This document shows, piece by piece, positions 6,908 through 7,306 of a stretch of 7,306 nucleotides of DNA. The translations under genes and the position numbers were made by a program. Below the pieces are notes generated by a model. The model worked only from the letters and a program-made list of their open reading frames with translations. It was not told where the DNA came from and searched no databases. Within the stretch, counting starts at the first letter, position 1. Each line of letters starts with the position of its first letter. Source of the stretch: a virus (lineage: Duplodnaviria > Heunggongvirae > Uroviricota > Caudoviricetes); IMG/VR virus record IMGVR_UViG_2706794671_000004, one strand, 5' to 3'.

Positions 6908-7306
6908 TACCGGTATGCTCCACTTAACCGGCCACCATCACGGGCCTGCTGTTGCATAAAGTCCGCGGCCGCTTTTTTCCCGAGGTCATAAACCACCTTC
7001 AGGGCAGCCGGACCTATCTGCCCGTTCGTGCCATCGTTATTGATCTCAATGTTGTACTGCGGGGCAAACATCACCATGCCTGAACCACCAGTATCCGCCA
7101 CACCCCCCAGCTTACCATCAGCACCGCGACGCAGTGGCAGAATGGCTTCAGGTCCCGCTTCCCCCATCACACCCGCGCCTTTTGCAAAAGCAAAAAACGT
7201 CGGACGGTTAACCACCGTGCCACTGTAGCGACTCAAATCAGCAGACTGAGGTAGCCTGAGTTTAACGGACACTCCTTCCTGAAATAGAATGGCATCAGAA
7301 GGAGCT
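6907..7306 (-). CDS. H: Tail tape-measure protein H, C-terminal end (partial; gene continues beyond the window edge)
   Basis: The frame is open from the window edge (7305) down to stop TAA at 6907..6909. It encodes ...APSDAILFQEGVSVKLRLPQSADLSRYSGTVVNRPTFFAFAKGAGVMGEAGPEAILPLRRGADGKLGG..., resembling the lambda gpH C-terminal region and sitting in the H position upstream of M. The GTG at 7272 in the ORF track is not the true start. Confidence 0.8.
   Translation of the reverse strand, partial: APSDAILFQEGVSVKLRLPQSADLSRYSGTVVNRPTFFAFAKGAGVMGEAGPEAILPLRRGADGKLGGVADTGGSGMVMFAPQYNIEINNDGTNGQIGPAALKVVYDLGKKAAADFMQQQARDGGRLSGAYR

Overview
This window is the tail-tip end of a lambda-like (lambdoid, enterobacterial) prophage, with every gene on the minus strand. 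In transcription order (high to low coordinate) it holds: the C-terminal end of the tape-measure protein H (runs off the window), minor tail proteins M and L, tail assembly proteins K and I (overlapping by 103 nt), the central tail fibre / host-specificity protein J (interrupted by three N-runs), the outer-membrane protein Lom flanked by two hairpin+U-tract terminators, and a truncated N-terminal fragment of the side tail fibre Stf. Identifications rest on protein similarity to phage lambda recalled from memory plus conserved synteny; no database search was run. I see no RNA genes, CRISPR array, IS element or obvious defence system. The plus-strand ORFs are all antisense to strongly supported tail genes and I treat them as spurious. 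The points most worth a second look are that the J reading frame changes phase at each of the three N-runs, the divergent J C-terminal receptor-binding region, the terminator-insulated lom moron, the stf truncation near the window edge, and the two possible starts of K. I did not find a convincing previously undescribed system; the masked 776 nt inside J cannot be assessed.
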